A stretch of 64,000 bases of DNA, from NCBI GenBank assembly GCA_947038565.1, contig CAMQWP010000004.1, forward strand, positions 9,010-73,009, in the 5' to 3' direction. Made by a program: the position numbers and the translations under genes. The notes under the pieces are model-generated. The model was given only the letters and a program-made list of their open reading frames with translations, did no database searches and had not been told where the DNA came from. Shown piece after piece: positions 38,994-49,182 of this stretch (positions are counted from its first letter, which is position 1; every line of letters starts with the position of its first letter). The stretch comes from an uncultured Clostridia bacterium (GTDB lineage Bacteria > Bacillota > Clostridia > Christensenellales > UBA3700).

Positions 38994-41900
38994 ATGAGAT
39001 ATAATTTGAAAACTAATCATTACCACGACTTCGACACTTTCGAGATGAACAAATTACCTGCTCGTAGTTACTTCATTCCGCACTCAACGGACGATGGAAT
39101 GAGGAATAGCACTTTCATGAACGAGCGTTTTGGTAGCGATAAAGTCATCATGCTTAATGGCGAATGGGACATGAAATATTACGATCATTGCGATGATATC
39201 AAGTCGGATTTTGATAGCAATAATGAAAAATTTGATAAAATAATTTTACCTTCTACTTGGCAGAGAACTGGTTACGAAAACCCTAACTATCTAAATAGTA
39301 GGTATCAATTTCCGCTAGCACCGCCACGTATTCCTAAGAACATACCTTGCAGTGTCTATCGTAAAAAGATTTCAATAGACAGTTTAAACAACTTATTTCT
39401 TATAAATTTTTTAGGTGTCGTGTCTTGCTTCGATTTATTTATTAACGGTAGCTTTGCTGGCTACAGTGAAGGCAGTCATAACACAGCAGAGTTTAACATC
39501 ACTCCACTACTTACTGTAGGCGAAAATGAAATCATCGTAGTAGTTTATAAGTGGTGTAACGGGTCTTACCTTGAGTGTCAAGACATGTTTAGAGAGAATG
39601 GTATATTTAGAGATACATTCATTATCGTCGAGAGTAAAAATTACTTGTACGACTTTGGTTATACTACTAAATATAATAACGACGGCACTTACAATTTCAC
39701 TTTTGACTACGAGCTAAATAATTCTGATGATACAAGCGTGTCATACCAACTTGTAAGTAGTAATAAGACTGTAATTAGCTCTCATACTTTTAGTGATATC
39801 AAAGGCACTTTCACCGCTGAAAACCTAACTGTTGACGAGTGGAGTGCTGAAATGCCTAATCTTTATGAGCTAGTCGTAACTACATACTCTGGAGGTAAAG
39901 CTATAAGCCATACTCGAAAGATGGCTGGCTTTAAACACATTGAAATAGTAGGCAATGTATTCTATCTTAATGGTGAGAAAATAAAACTTAAAGGTGTTAA
40001 TCATCATGAAAGTCACCCTGAGACTGGTTATGTAATGACTGCTGAACAGTTAGAAAATGATATCATCAATCTTCGAGATTATAATGCTAACTGCGTTCGT
40101 CTATCACACTATCCGCACGACCCTATCTTCTTGACTCTTTGCGATATATATGGATTATACAGTATCGACGAGGCTGATATAGAATGTCACGGAATATACA
40201 GCAACCCTCTAAATGCTAACCATGAATTAATAAGTGACAATCTTATATGGGAAAAGCAATTCCTTGATAGAGTTAGCCGTATGTTTGAGCGTGATAGATG
40301 TCATGCGAGTGTTGTAATGTGGTCATTAGGAAATGAAGCTGGTGGCGACAAGTGCCACAATATAGCGTATGATTACCTTAAAACAGTTACGGACATCCCT
40401 GTACATTACGAAGGGGTATGGCACACAAAAAGATTTAGTTACGATTTGGTATGTGAATTCTATCCTGCATTTAGTAGGCTTGACTCTTACATCGACGGGA
40501 CTGCGGATAAAAAATATACTGCAAAGCCATATTTCATGAGCGAGTTCGCGCATGCAATGGGTGTAGGTCCTGGCGGTCTTGGACTATACTATGATTATAT
40601 CCTATCAAATGATAATTTCCTAGGCGGTTGTATCTGGGAGTACTGCGACCATATCGTTCATAATCCTGATCACAAGTATGCATACACTTATGGTGGCGAT
40701 TACGGTGAGAAAAAACATGACGGTAATTTTTGCGTCGATGGGCTTTTCTTCCCTGATAGAACTCCAAGCACTGGTGCTCTGAATATGAGAGAAGTATATA
40801 GACCAATTAGAAGCATTAGAAATGGTGCTGGATATACATTCACTAACACTAACTACTTTAAAGATAGTTCAGATATAGTTATCACATGGACAATGCTTAG
40901 AAATGGAAGTAAATTTAATACTGGCACTCTTGACTTGTTAATACCTGCCAAAACTAGTATTGATGCATTTATTCCAACGCCTCTTCCTCGTGATATGTCA
41001 GAATACTGTATGGTATTTACTTACACTACTAAAGACGGAGTATACATCGCTCACGAAGATCACATAATCACAAAAGCACCAGGCATGACTCCTACAAATA
41101 GCGTTCCAGGATACACCACTAATGGTAAGATCTTAAACGTTACTACAGACAATGGCATAATTCAACTAAACAAACGTAACGGCGAAATCTTATCATATGT
41201 TATAGATGGAAGAGAGACTATAAACCAAACTCCACAGCTAGGCAAAAAAGGTATCCTTCCTAATATATATAGAAAGCCTATTGACAACGATAGATTTATC
41301 AAAATTGGTTGGTTATTTCTAGGCACATTAAAAGCATTGCCAAAACATCGACATACTAAAGTTAAGAGTAATGAATGCCTACAAATAATAAGCAAATATA
41401 GTATACGCGGCTACGGAAAACTAGCTACTTGCACTATTACAAAATCCATTACTAAATCAGGCGTTATGACTGTAACAGCAGAAATTAAGAAAGCAATAAA
41501 GTTATCATTCTACAGTGATATCCCTAGATTTGGTGTTACAATGGAACTAAGCAGAGATATAGAAAATATTTCTTATTACGGCTTAGGCGATAGAGAAACA
41601 CTATGCGACTTTGATGAGCATGGAAAACTAGGCATTTACAATTTGAAGGTTTCAGATATGCACGAGAAGTATATCATGCCTCAAGAAAGTGGTAATAGAA
41701 GTGGCATAAGATGGACAGAGCTTACTGATAATGAAGGCTATGGCTTGAGAATAGACAAATGTGATACTCTATTAAATGTGAATGCAAATCACTACACAAG
41801 AACTCAGCTTACTCCATGCAAACACATAGAAGATTTAAAAGAAGTAGATACTACATGCCTTCAAATCGATGGATTTATGCGCGGAGCTGGCACGCAAAGT

Positions 41901-41996
41901 TGTGGACCTCAGCCTCTTCCTAAACATAGACCAAATCTAAAAACCCCTATTTCCTTTAAATTCATTTTATCACCTGTTAAAGGTAAAGTTAACTAA
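38994..41996 (+). CDS. beta-galactosidase, GH2
   Basis: WSLGNEAG (acid/base) and MSEFAHAMG (nucleophile) motifs, with a Bgal small-N C-terminal domain. Start is ATG 38994, with AGAGAGGA upstream. Confidence 0.9.
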   Translation: MRYNLKTNHYHDFDTFEMNKLPARSYFIPHSTDDGMRNSTFMNERFGSDKVIMLNGEWDMKYYDHCDDIKSDFDSNNEKFDKIILPSTWQRTGYENPNYLNSRYQFPLAPPRIPKNIPCSVYRKKISIDSLNNLFLINFLGVVSCFDLFINGSFAGYSEGSHNTAEFNITPLLTVGENEIIVVVYKWCNGSYLECQDMFRENGIFRDTFIIVESKNYLYDFGYTTKYNNDGTYNFTFDYELNNSDDTSVSYQLVSSNKTVISSHTFSDIKGTFTAENLTVDEWSAEMPNLYELVVTTYSGGKAISHTRKMAGFKHIEIVGNVFYLNGEKIKLKGVNHHESHPETGYVMTAEQLENDIINLRDYNANCVRLSHYPHDPIFLTLCDIYGLYSIDEADIECHGIYSNPLNANHELISDNLIWEKQFLDRVSRMFERDRCHASVVMWSLGNEAGGDKCHNIAYDYLKTVTDIPVHYEGVWHTKRFSYDLVCEFYPAFSRLDSYIDGTADKKYTAKPYFMSEFAHAMGVGPGGLGLYYDYILSNDNFLGGCIWEYCDHIVHNPDHKYAYTYGGDYGEKKHDGNFCVDGLFFPDRTPSTGALNMREVYRPIRSIRNGAGYTFTNTNYFKDSSDIVITWTMLRNGSKFNTGTLDLLIPAKTSIDAFIPTPLPRDMSEYCMVFTYTTKDGVYIAHEDHIITKAPGMTPTNSVPGYTTNGKILNVTTDNGIIQLNKRNGEILSYVIDGRETINQTPQLGKKGILPNIYRKPIDNDRFIKIGWLFLGTLKALPKHRHTKVKSNECLQIISKYSIRGYGKLATCTITKSITKSGVMTVTAEIKKAIKLSFYSDIPRFGVTMELSRDIENISYYGLGDRETLCDFDEHGKLGIYNLKVSDMHEKYIMPQESGNRSGIRWTELTDNEGYGLRIDKCDTLLNVNANHYTRTQLTPCKHIEDLKEVDTTCLQIDGFMRGAGTQSCGPQPLPKHRPNLKTPISFKFILSPVKGKVN

Positions 41997-42049
41997 ATAT
42001 ATATTTAATTTTAAGATAATATTATACCTTCAAACATGTTTTACAAAAA

Positions 42050-42086
42050 GAAATAAGAGCTATCTCTTTCGAGATAGCTCTTTTTA
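42050..42086. terminator. bidirectional terminator
   Basis: AGAGCTATCTC-tttc-GAGATAGCTCT-TTTT. Confidence 0.75.
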
Positions 42087-42101
42087 TTATTGATTTAATT
42101 A

Positions 42102-42599
42102 CTATTTATTTCCACTAGCAATTTCTTTGAACATAGTTAAACTTCGCACTACATCACGACCATTACAATTACGTTTATTAGTATACGCCTTTACTTTAAA
42201 TCCATTCTTCATTGCAATCCTGAGTGCAGCATCGTTATAATCGAATACGTTTAGACTTAATTTTTTAAAGCCACTTAGCTCTGCAAACTTAATAATGTTT
42301 ATTGCCAATGCACTACCAACACCTTGAGACCTGAACTCTTTAGCTACACATATATTTAAACATAAATTTGTCCTGCCGGCATTATATGCCTCAGCCCAGC
42401 CTACGATTTCATCATTATTGCACGCTATTAACTGCGGTAATTTTTCTTCAAGTCCAGTTTTTAATCTATGAAAAGTTTCTTTGATGTCGACCTTATTTTC
42501 GACATACCACTCGCCTTCTGCAGCAATATTCTGCATAAGTTCATAAACATCATCTAATGTTTCTATATTAAATCTTTTAATCTTTAGCACGTCATCCAT
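42102..42599 (-). CDS. GNAT family N-acetyltransferase
   Basis: V..EFRSQGVGSAL is the motif A. Start is ATG 42599, with AGAGG upstream. Confidence 0.8.
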   Translation of the reverse strand: MDDVLKIKRFNIETLDDVYELMQNIAAEGEWYVENKVDIKETFHRLKTGLEEKLPQLIACNNDEIVGWAEAYNAGRTNLCLNICVAKEFRSQGVGSALAINIIKFAELSGFKKLSLNVFDYNDAALRIAMKNGFKVKAYTNKRNCNGRDVVRSLTMFKEIASGNK

Positions 42600-42723
42600 A
42601 ACAACCTCTTTCACCAAGTATATCACAAATTATCAATAATTTCAAGCCGTTTACTTTCTTTTTGCATTTTTTTTATTAATTACACGTAAATTTGATTATA
42701 ATTTTATTATTCCTAAATCCTTT

Positions 42724-44247
42724 CTACTTATTTTGCTTAGCTAGTTTCTTTGCTGATTTAGCTTTTGCTCTCTCTAAATGGTGTAGATAGATTGTAGTAC
42801 CAAGTATTTTAAAATATGATTTTATACCGTCTAATCTTTCACTTTTAATAGTGGTATAATCTGTCTTGTACACATCAAAAGTTTTAATATGTGCGTCAAG
42901 TCTACACTTTTTGATTGAAATAGTTAAATTATCGGTATTTACAATATCAAATCTAGCTATCTTTTTATGACCTATAACTGTACCATTGAACACTATGATT
43001 TTTTCGCCGTCTACATTGGTAGATAGTTCAAACATCTCCACCCTTTGCGAAAAGTCTATATCCTCTACAAGCATAGCTTTATCAATATCGCACGCATCGA
43101 AAGTTATAGTGTATTCTTGATATTCCGACTGCGTAATAGTTACTTCAATACCATTAGCCACATCATCAGCTATAAGGATATTTCCGCTTGCACTTTTCAC
43201 TTTCATCTTCTCAGCAAATGCACTGTTGATCCTGTCTCCCAGTCCTTTTAATGCTATCACGTCAGCATCAGCAAATTTACCTTCACGGTTAGGTGGTACA
43301 TTTAGTAACAACATACTATTACCGCCCGTTGAGCCATAATATATATTTAGTAATTTGTCAATGCTTTTTACTTTTTTATCTTGTGACTTATGATAGAACC
43401 AGCCCGGTCTGATAGATACATCTACCTCCGCAGGGTACCACATAAGATTTTCATAATTCGATAAAACACTTCGACTTCCTAGATCCTCTGACATATTATC
43501 GATTTTTTCAAATTTGTCTGTGTCAGTTTGCTGTGATCCTTTTTGTATGGTTTGAGTATCAGCATTGTATGCAGGGACAACATTATACTCAGAATACCTT
43601 GCACGACCCTCCTCATTTCCTACCCATCTAACATCTGGCCCACAGTTAGAAATAGCACAGTTTGGTTGCAACTTTCTAATAAGGCTATAGTAAGACGCAA
43701 AGTCATAAACTTGCGCTGGTTTCCCGTCCATGTGTGCACCACACGCACCATCAAACCACATTGTAAATAGATCACCATATCCAGTCAATAACTCTTGCAA
43801 CTGAGCAAGGTAAAACTCATTATATTTTGGTGTAGAATAATGCTTACTATTTCTATCCCAAGGCGATAAATATACTCCTAATTCTATACCTATCTTGTCA
43901 CAAGATACTCTAAGCTCTGATAACAAGTCACGTCCATAAGGCGAGTTCATTATTTTATAATCAGTAGTTTTTGTATCCCATAGACAAAAGCCATCATGAT
44001 GCTTTGCAGTATAAATAAGTCCCTTCATGCCTGCTTCTTTTAGACATGTACACCACTGATCAGTGTCGGCATCTTTTAATGTAAATGTACTTACAGGCTC
44101 TTTACCATTACCCCATTCCTTACCAGTAAACGTATTCATGCCAAAATGTATAAATGCATAGCACCCCATTTCTTCTATATGTTTTTGCGGTGCATTTGGA
44201 ACAACTGCAACCATTTTTTCTAAAAAGCTTATATCATCTATTTTCAT
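42724..44247 (-). CDS. alpha-L-fucosidase, GH29, with a C-terminal beta-sandwich domain
   Basis: F.HFG.NTF, AKHHDGFCLWDT and W.DGA motifs. No signal peptide. Confidence 0.88.
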   Translation of the reverse strand: MKIDDISFLEKMVAVVPNAPQKHIEEMGCYAFIHFGMNTFTGKEWGNGKEPVSTFTLKDADTDQWCTCLKEAGMKGLIYTAKHHDGFCLWDTKTTDYKIMNSPYGRDLLSELRVSCDKIGIELGVYLSPWDRNSKHYSTPKYNEFYLAQLQELLTGYGDLFTMWFDGACGAHMDGKPAQVYDFASYYSLIRKLQPNCAISNCGPDVRWVGNEEGRARYSEYNVVPAYNADTQTIQKGSQQTDTDKFEKIDNMSEDLGSRSVLSNYENLMWYPAEVDVSIRPGWFYHKSQDKKVKSIDKLLNIYYGSTGGNSMLLLNVPPNREGKFADADVIALKGLGDRINSAFAEKMKVKSASGNILIADDVANGIEVTITQSEYQEYTITFDACDIDKAMLVEDIDFSQRVEMFELSTNVDGEKIIVFNGTVIGHKKIARFDIVNTDNLTISIKKCRLDAHIKTFDVYKTDYTTIKSERLDGIKSYFKILGTTIYLHHLERAKAKSAKKLAKQNK

Positions 44248-44725
44248 AATTATTCCCCCATAACTTGATTCATTATTTTTGTTTATTTATCTCACATTGT
44301 AATACTTGTTTTATCAACGCAATTTATTTATATTTATTATTAATTTTCTATCTTAATGTATATGTTTAAATTACTACAAAATCTATAAATACTTTATTGA
44401 TTATTAGCAATATTATGAATAGAATTGTATATATTTTTTGTTTGTGAATTCATAACTTTTTCTTTTGTTTTGTGAACATAATGCATAAATTGCACGCTTA
44501 AAGCGTTAACGCATACAACAAATAGGTACTAAACCATAAATATTTTATAAATTAAATAATAAATGTTTATATAGATTATTTAGTTTTTATATTATATGTT
44601 TGATTATTTTTATTATACTTGTTTCTAATATTATATCATAAAACGAGAAATTGTCAACATAAAAATCTGTTATTTAATTCACTATTATATACAATATTTA
44701 TCTTATTATAAGTCACTTAAAAACA

Positions 44726-44767
44726 ATAAAAAATATCGCAAGATAGTTTTACTATCATGCGATATTT
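44726..44767 (-). terminator. rho-independent terminator after the ALDH gene
   Basis: AAATATCGCA..GATAGT/ACTATC..TGCGATATTT long stem, followed by T6 on the minus strand. Confidence 0.7.
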
Positions 44768-44784
44768 CGTTAGTCTAGTCTTTA

Positions 44785-46149
44785 TTATTTTAATAATTTT
44801 CTTAGCAACTTTAAATGGTCTTTATATGGTGCATATCGTATAGGTATATCAAATGACCAAAACTTTTTCATAACACTTTTACTATGAGAGAAAGTATCAA
44901 TACTCTTTGCCCCATGGTAACTTCCCATACCGCTATCACCTACACCACCAAAAGCCATAGTTGAAGAAGCAAGATGAAGTAGCGTGTCATTTACACAACC
45001 ACCGCCATATGATATATTTCTTATAATACATTTTTCTACCTGCTTACTTTTCGTGAATAAATATAGAGCCAGTGGCTTAGGTCTACTATTAATGCGTATT
45101 ATTACCTCATTGATATCTGAATACTCTATGATCGGTATAATTGGACCGAAGATTTCTTCTTGCATTATTTCATCATCCCACTGAACATTTGTAAGGATAG
45201 CTGGTGATATTTTATTTGTCTCAACTCGGCTTACCCCACCGAATTCAACAGTACCATTACTTATTAATTTATTCAATCTTTCAAAGTGTTTTCTATTTAT
45301 TATTTTTGGATAATCAGGGCTATCAAGTTGATTCTCACCATAGAACTTAACTATCCACTTCTTCATTTCCAATACCAGTTGATCTTTAATATCTTTATGT
45401 GCAAAAACATAATCTGGTGCGACACATGTTTGCCCACAATTGACTAGCTTTCCCCATACAATACGTTTTGCAGAGATATCTATATTTGCTGTCACGTCTA
45501 CTATACATGGACTTTTACCGCCTAACTCAAGAGTCACTGGAGTCAAGTTTTTAGCAGCTTTTTCCATTACGATTTTACCTACTTCCACACTACCCGTAAA
45601 GAAAATATGGTCAAACTTTGTTTCAAATAAACTTTGATTTACGTCACGACCACCTCTTATGACTTTTATAAACCTTTCATCAAATACCGCAAGAATTTCC
45701 TCTAACATCATAGATACATTACTAGAGTAATTAGACGGCTTCAACACTACGCAATTACCCGCAGCAATTGCACCGACCATCGGCATAATTGATAATAACA
45801 ATGGATAATTCCACGGCGATACGACCAATACAACACCAAGCGGTTCTTTATAAATTTTCGACTTCGCGGGGAATTGTGCAAGGCTTACCTTAACACGTCG
45901 AGGCATAGTTAACTTCTTTAAATTCTTAAGCATAAAATTAATCTCTTCATATATAAGACTTAATTCCGTCTCAAATGACTCAAAATTAGACTTGCCTAAA
46001 TCTTTGTTTAATGCTGTCAACAAATTACTTTCATTACTTTTTAATACATCTAATAGAGTTACTAACTGTTTACGTCTAAAATATATTTCTTTTGTTGCTC
46101 CGCTGTTAAAATATTCCCTTTGTTTATTTACGATACTGGTTTCGAACAT
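44785..46149 (-). CDS. NAD(P)-dependent aldehyde dehydrogenase (ALDH3-like)
   Basis: ELGGKSP and GQTCVAPDY (catalytic Cys) motifs. Confidence 0.9.
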   Translation of the reverse strand: MFETSIVNKQREYFNSGATKEIYFRRKQLVTLLDVLKSNESNLLTALNKDLGKSNFESFETELSLIYEEINFMLKNLKKLTMPRRVKVSLAQFPAKSKIYKEPLGVVLVVSPWNYPLLLSIMPMVGAIAAGNCVVLKPSNYSSNVSMMLEEILAVFDERFIKVIRGGRDVNQSLFETKFDHIFFTGSVEVGKIVMEKAAKNLTPVTLELGGKSPCIVDVTANIDISAKRIVWGKLVNCGQTCVAPDYVFAHKDIKDQLVLEMKKWIVKFYGENQLDSPDYPKIINRKHFERLNKLISNGTVEFGGVSRVETNKISPAILTNVQWDDEIMQEEIFGPIIPIIEYSDINEVIIRINSRPKPLALYLFTKSKQVEKCIIRNISYGGGCVNDTLLHLASSTMAFGGVGDSGMGSYHGAKSIDTFSHSKSVMKKFWSFDIPIRYAPYKDHLKLLRKLLK

Positions 46150-46246
46150 AATTCACCTCTTTTTATTAAAATAACACGAAATTTACGTGCAAATCTTGAC
46201 AATTGATCACCTTTGTATTATACTATACATATAAAACCTATACAAT

Positions 46247-46261
46247 AGTTAATTATTAACT
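46247..46261. promoter_or_regulatory. perfect 15-bp palindrome AGTTAATTATTAACT in the TetR/ALDH divergent intergenic region (candidate TetR operator)
   Basis: Read directly from the sequence. Lies 56 nt upstream of the TetR ATG. Confidence 0.35.
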
Positions 46262-46316
46262 TTATGTATAAACTTAAACATAGCACGCAAAACGGACATC
46301 ATTGAGGAGAATTATT

Positions 46317-46895
46317 ATGACTACTAAAGCACCATACCGCAACTCTATACGATCAAAGAAGATGATTAAAAAAGCATTTCTACAATTAATTTGTGATAAA
46401 GATATATCAAAAATCAAAGTATTAGAGATAACTGATTTAGCGGATATTAGCAAAGGCACATTTTACACACACTTTCATGACGTATATAATGTACTAGAAG
46501 ATATTGAAAATGAATGCATTAATGGCATGATTGAAGTATTAAGTCATAATACTGCAGTAAATATTCTTGATGATTTATCACCATTTTTAAAGACAGTATT
46601 TGACGGTTTAGAGAGAGAAAAAGAAAAATATACTTTCCTTATCAAATCTACATGCGCTACATCATTTTTGTACAAGCTACAAAAAGCATTTGTCGATTAC
46701 ATGCTAAGTTTCACTGAGATTGTTGACAGGATAAAATCACCAGCACTGGCAAGTTTATTCTTTTCATTTATCGCTGTAGGCATTTCTAATATTATCCATC
46801 AATGGATACTAGGCAATGCGGATATCTCTTTAGTTGAGCTTTCGACTCAGCTTAATGGCTGTATAATTAATGGAATATCAACCATCTTAAAATAA
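46317..46895 (+). CDS. TetR/AcrR family transcriptional regulator
   Basis: The N-terminal HTH region (..I.V.EI...A.ISKGTFY.HF.D) is a TetR_N signature. Start is ATG 46317, after GAGGAG. Confidence 0.85.
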   Translation: MTTKAPYRNSIRSKKMIKKAFLQLICDKDISKIKVLEITDLADISKGTFYTHFHDVYNVLEDIENECINGMIEVLSHNTAVNILDDLSPFLKTVFDGLEREKEKYTFLIKSTCATSFLYKLQKAFVDYMLSFTEIVDRIKSPALASLFFSFIAVGISNIIHQWILGNADISLVELSTQLNGCIINGISTILK

Positions 46896-46920
46896 TAATT
46901 TTATTTTCAATTCACATAAA

Positions 46921-46958
46921 ACAAAACACCCTCAACGCAAAGTTGAAGGTGTTTTTTT
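46921..46958. terminator. bidirectional terminator
   Basis: ACACCCTCAAC...GTTGAAGGTGT stem followed by T7. Confidence 0.75.
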
Positions 46959-46970
46959 ATCTTTAATATA

Positions 46971-48443
46971 TTAATCTACACAGATCTTAAAACAAATAGG
47001 TAGCTTACTGATTATAGCTTCATCGGTAGTAATATCTAAACTATTACCGTTTTGCTTAAAAGTGACGCCTACATCAGATCCAAGAATTTTTATCGAAGTG
47101 ATATCGTATTTGATACCATTCTCATTTGCCCTTCTTAATAATTTCATTGAGTAAGTACTACGTCCATTTTTATTAGACATAGGGAAAGCATATATAACTC
47201 CAGTACGGTAAGTGTACCTATAGTCTTTGATTGAAAATCTTTTAGACTCTTTAAATGCTCCGTTCTTAGACATCTTGCCTTCACCAAAACCTAGCTCAAA
47301 AGGCCCTGATCCATATATTGCCTCGCCATTTATCTCGAGCCACTTTCCGATATCAAGAAGTATTTCCTCTTCCTCTTTGCATATTTCACCTTCAGGAGTA
47401 GGTCCAACATTAAGCATATAGCAACCGTTTTTAGAAAATACTTCTATCATATTAGTTATTATGTCATAAGTATTTTTAAAAGTATTATTATATGTAAATC
47501 CCCAACTTCTCTTACCCATAGAAGTATCATTCTGCCATAAATCAGGAAGTATATTATCTACCTGACCACGCTCAACATCGAAAGTTGCGCAACCATTCAT
47601 CACAGCACCCCACTTATAGAATAGAGTTACTTCTTTACCCCATTCAATAGCACGGTTATAATAATAAGCCATAAATTTACGCATGTATGGACGGAACTCA
47701 CTTTTTTGCACCCACCAGTCAAGGTATATCGCTGAAGGCTGAAGCCTATCTAGCATATCACATAGTGAAACTAACCAATCTTCTAGCCACTCTACTGGAG
47801 CAGTAATGTGCTTATCAGTCTTGTGTATTTTGCCATTTTCCGGCGCAAAGGCAGGACCATACAAATCACGCAATTGTTCATTTATAGCCACTTCACCACT
47901 TGGCTCGTAGTGAGTTGCCGTATTCATAAACCAATAGTGCTCGGCTCTATGATGAGACGCTAGAAATTCAAGACCAGTATCCTCACATGCTTTTTTGATC
48001 TCCATAGAATAATCTCTTCCGTTAAGTGCCATCATATTCCAACGCGATAGATCTGTGTCGTACATTTTTACACCATCATGATGCTCTACAACTGGCATGA
48101 CATGCCTAGCACCCGCTTTTTTAAACAATTCACACCATTTATTAGGATCGAATTTTTCAGGCTTGAACATTGGGATCAACTGACTATATTCAAAATCCTT
48201 GCCGTATGTATTTATTCTATGAGTATAAGACTTATGTCCCGGCATATACATCCACCTAGGATACCATTCATTTTCAACGCCTGCTACTGAGTAAACTCCC
48301 CAGTGAATAAATATACCGAATCTGCCTTGCTTATACCATTCAGGAGTAGACCACTGAGCTAGACTCTCCCAGCTATCCTTATACTTGCCACTTGCTATTA
48401 CATCGTCTATCTTTACTAAATAATTTTTAAATTTTTCCATCAT
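46971..48443 (-). CDS. alpha-L-fucosidase, GH29 (second paralog)
   Basis: GIFIHWG.YS, VEHHDG and Y.DWW motifs. No signal peptide. The start could be 48443 or 48440. Confidence 0.88.
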   Translation of the reverse strand: MMEKFKNYLVKIDDVIASGKYKDSWESLAQWSTPEWYKQGRFGIFIHWGVYSVAGVENEWYPRWMYMPGHKSYTHRINTYGKDFEYSQLIPMFKPEKFDPNKWCELFKKAGARHVMPVVEHHDGVKMYDTDLSRWNMMALNGRDYSMEIKKACEDTGLEFLASHHRAEHYWFMNTATHYEPSGEVAINEQLRDLYGPAFAPENGKIHKTDKHITAPVEWLEDWLVSLCDMLDRLQPSAIYLDWWVQKSEFRPYMRKFMAYYYNRAIEWGKEVTLFYKWGAVMNGCATFDVERGQVDNILPDLWQNDTSMGKRSWGFTYNNTFKNTYDIITNMIEVFSKNGCYMLNVGPTPEGEICKEEEEILLDIGKWLEINGEAIYGSGPFELGFGEGKMSKNGAFKESKRFSIKDYRYTYRTGVIYAFPMSNKNGRSTYSMKLLRRANENGIKYDITSIKILGSDVGVTFKQNGNSLDITTDEAIISKLPICFKICVD

Positions 48444-48676
48444 ATCACCTTCCCACTTATTGATATAATTATATCATATCCGATTAACAATTGCAATGCT
48501 AATATTGAATTGCACTATATATTAATAATGCTATCATACTCGCATATTATATTTTAATACATATTCCTACTTGCTTTTAGCACAGTTTTAAGTATAATTT
48601 CATAGACTAAGTATAGGCGTATCTACATACTATTCCGATTGTTTTAATCGTGAATGGACAAACGGAGGTTTTAAAA

Positions 48677-48970
48677 ATGACTATATCTATAATATCAAAT
48701 GTAATTTTAGCACTACTAGCAGTATTATCAAGTTTCTTATCATATTTTTTTCACATAAAAAATGAGCTTGAAAAAGCAGTGCCTGACGCTATAAACAATG
48801 CAGAGCTAGCTGGAAAAACTGGTGCTGAAAAGCTAGAGTTGGCTACTACCAACATTTACAAACTTGTACCTAAGTACATGCACACATTTATCACGAAAGA
48901 ATTTGTTAGAAATATCATTCAATTAGCTTTTGATAAAATAGCTGATTATGCTAGAAAGCAAGCTGAATAG
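48677..48970 (+). CDS. LL-H-type (superfamily 6) holin-like small membrane protein
   Basis: One N-terminal TM segment followed by ..GKTGAEKLELA....Y.L.P., which resembles the Holin_LLH pattern. GGAGGT lies 8 nt before ATG 48677. No lysin gene is adjacent. Confidence 0.5.
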   Translation: MTISIISNVILALLAVLSSFLSYFFHIKNELEKAVPDAINNAELAGKTGAEKLELATTNIYKLVPKYMHTFITKEFVRNIIQLAFDKIADYARKQAE

Positions 48971-49051
48971 TCTAACAACAAGGACTAGCATATATACTGA
49001 ATTATGATATTTCAATTAACACATCTTGAATATAATCATTATTTTAATAAT

Positions 49052-49087
49052 ACACCTAACATTAATTTACAGTTAGGTGTTTTTTTA
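49052..49087 (+). terminator. rho-independent terminator
   Basis: ACACCTAAC...GTTAGGTGT stem followed by T6. Confidence 0.7.
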
Positions 49088-49182
49088 ATCTTTAACTACC
49101 CTTAACATTTAAGATTTTAAAAACTATTGTTACGCATATGTGTTTTAATAGGTTATCTAAATAAAAAGCAATGATGTATTGT

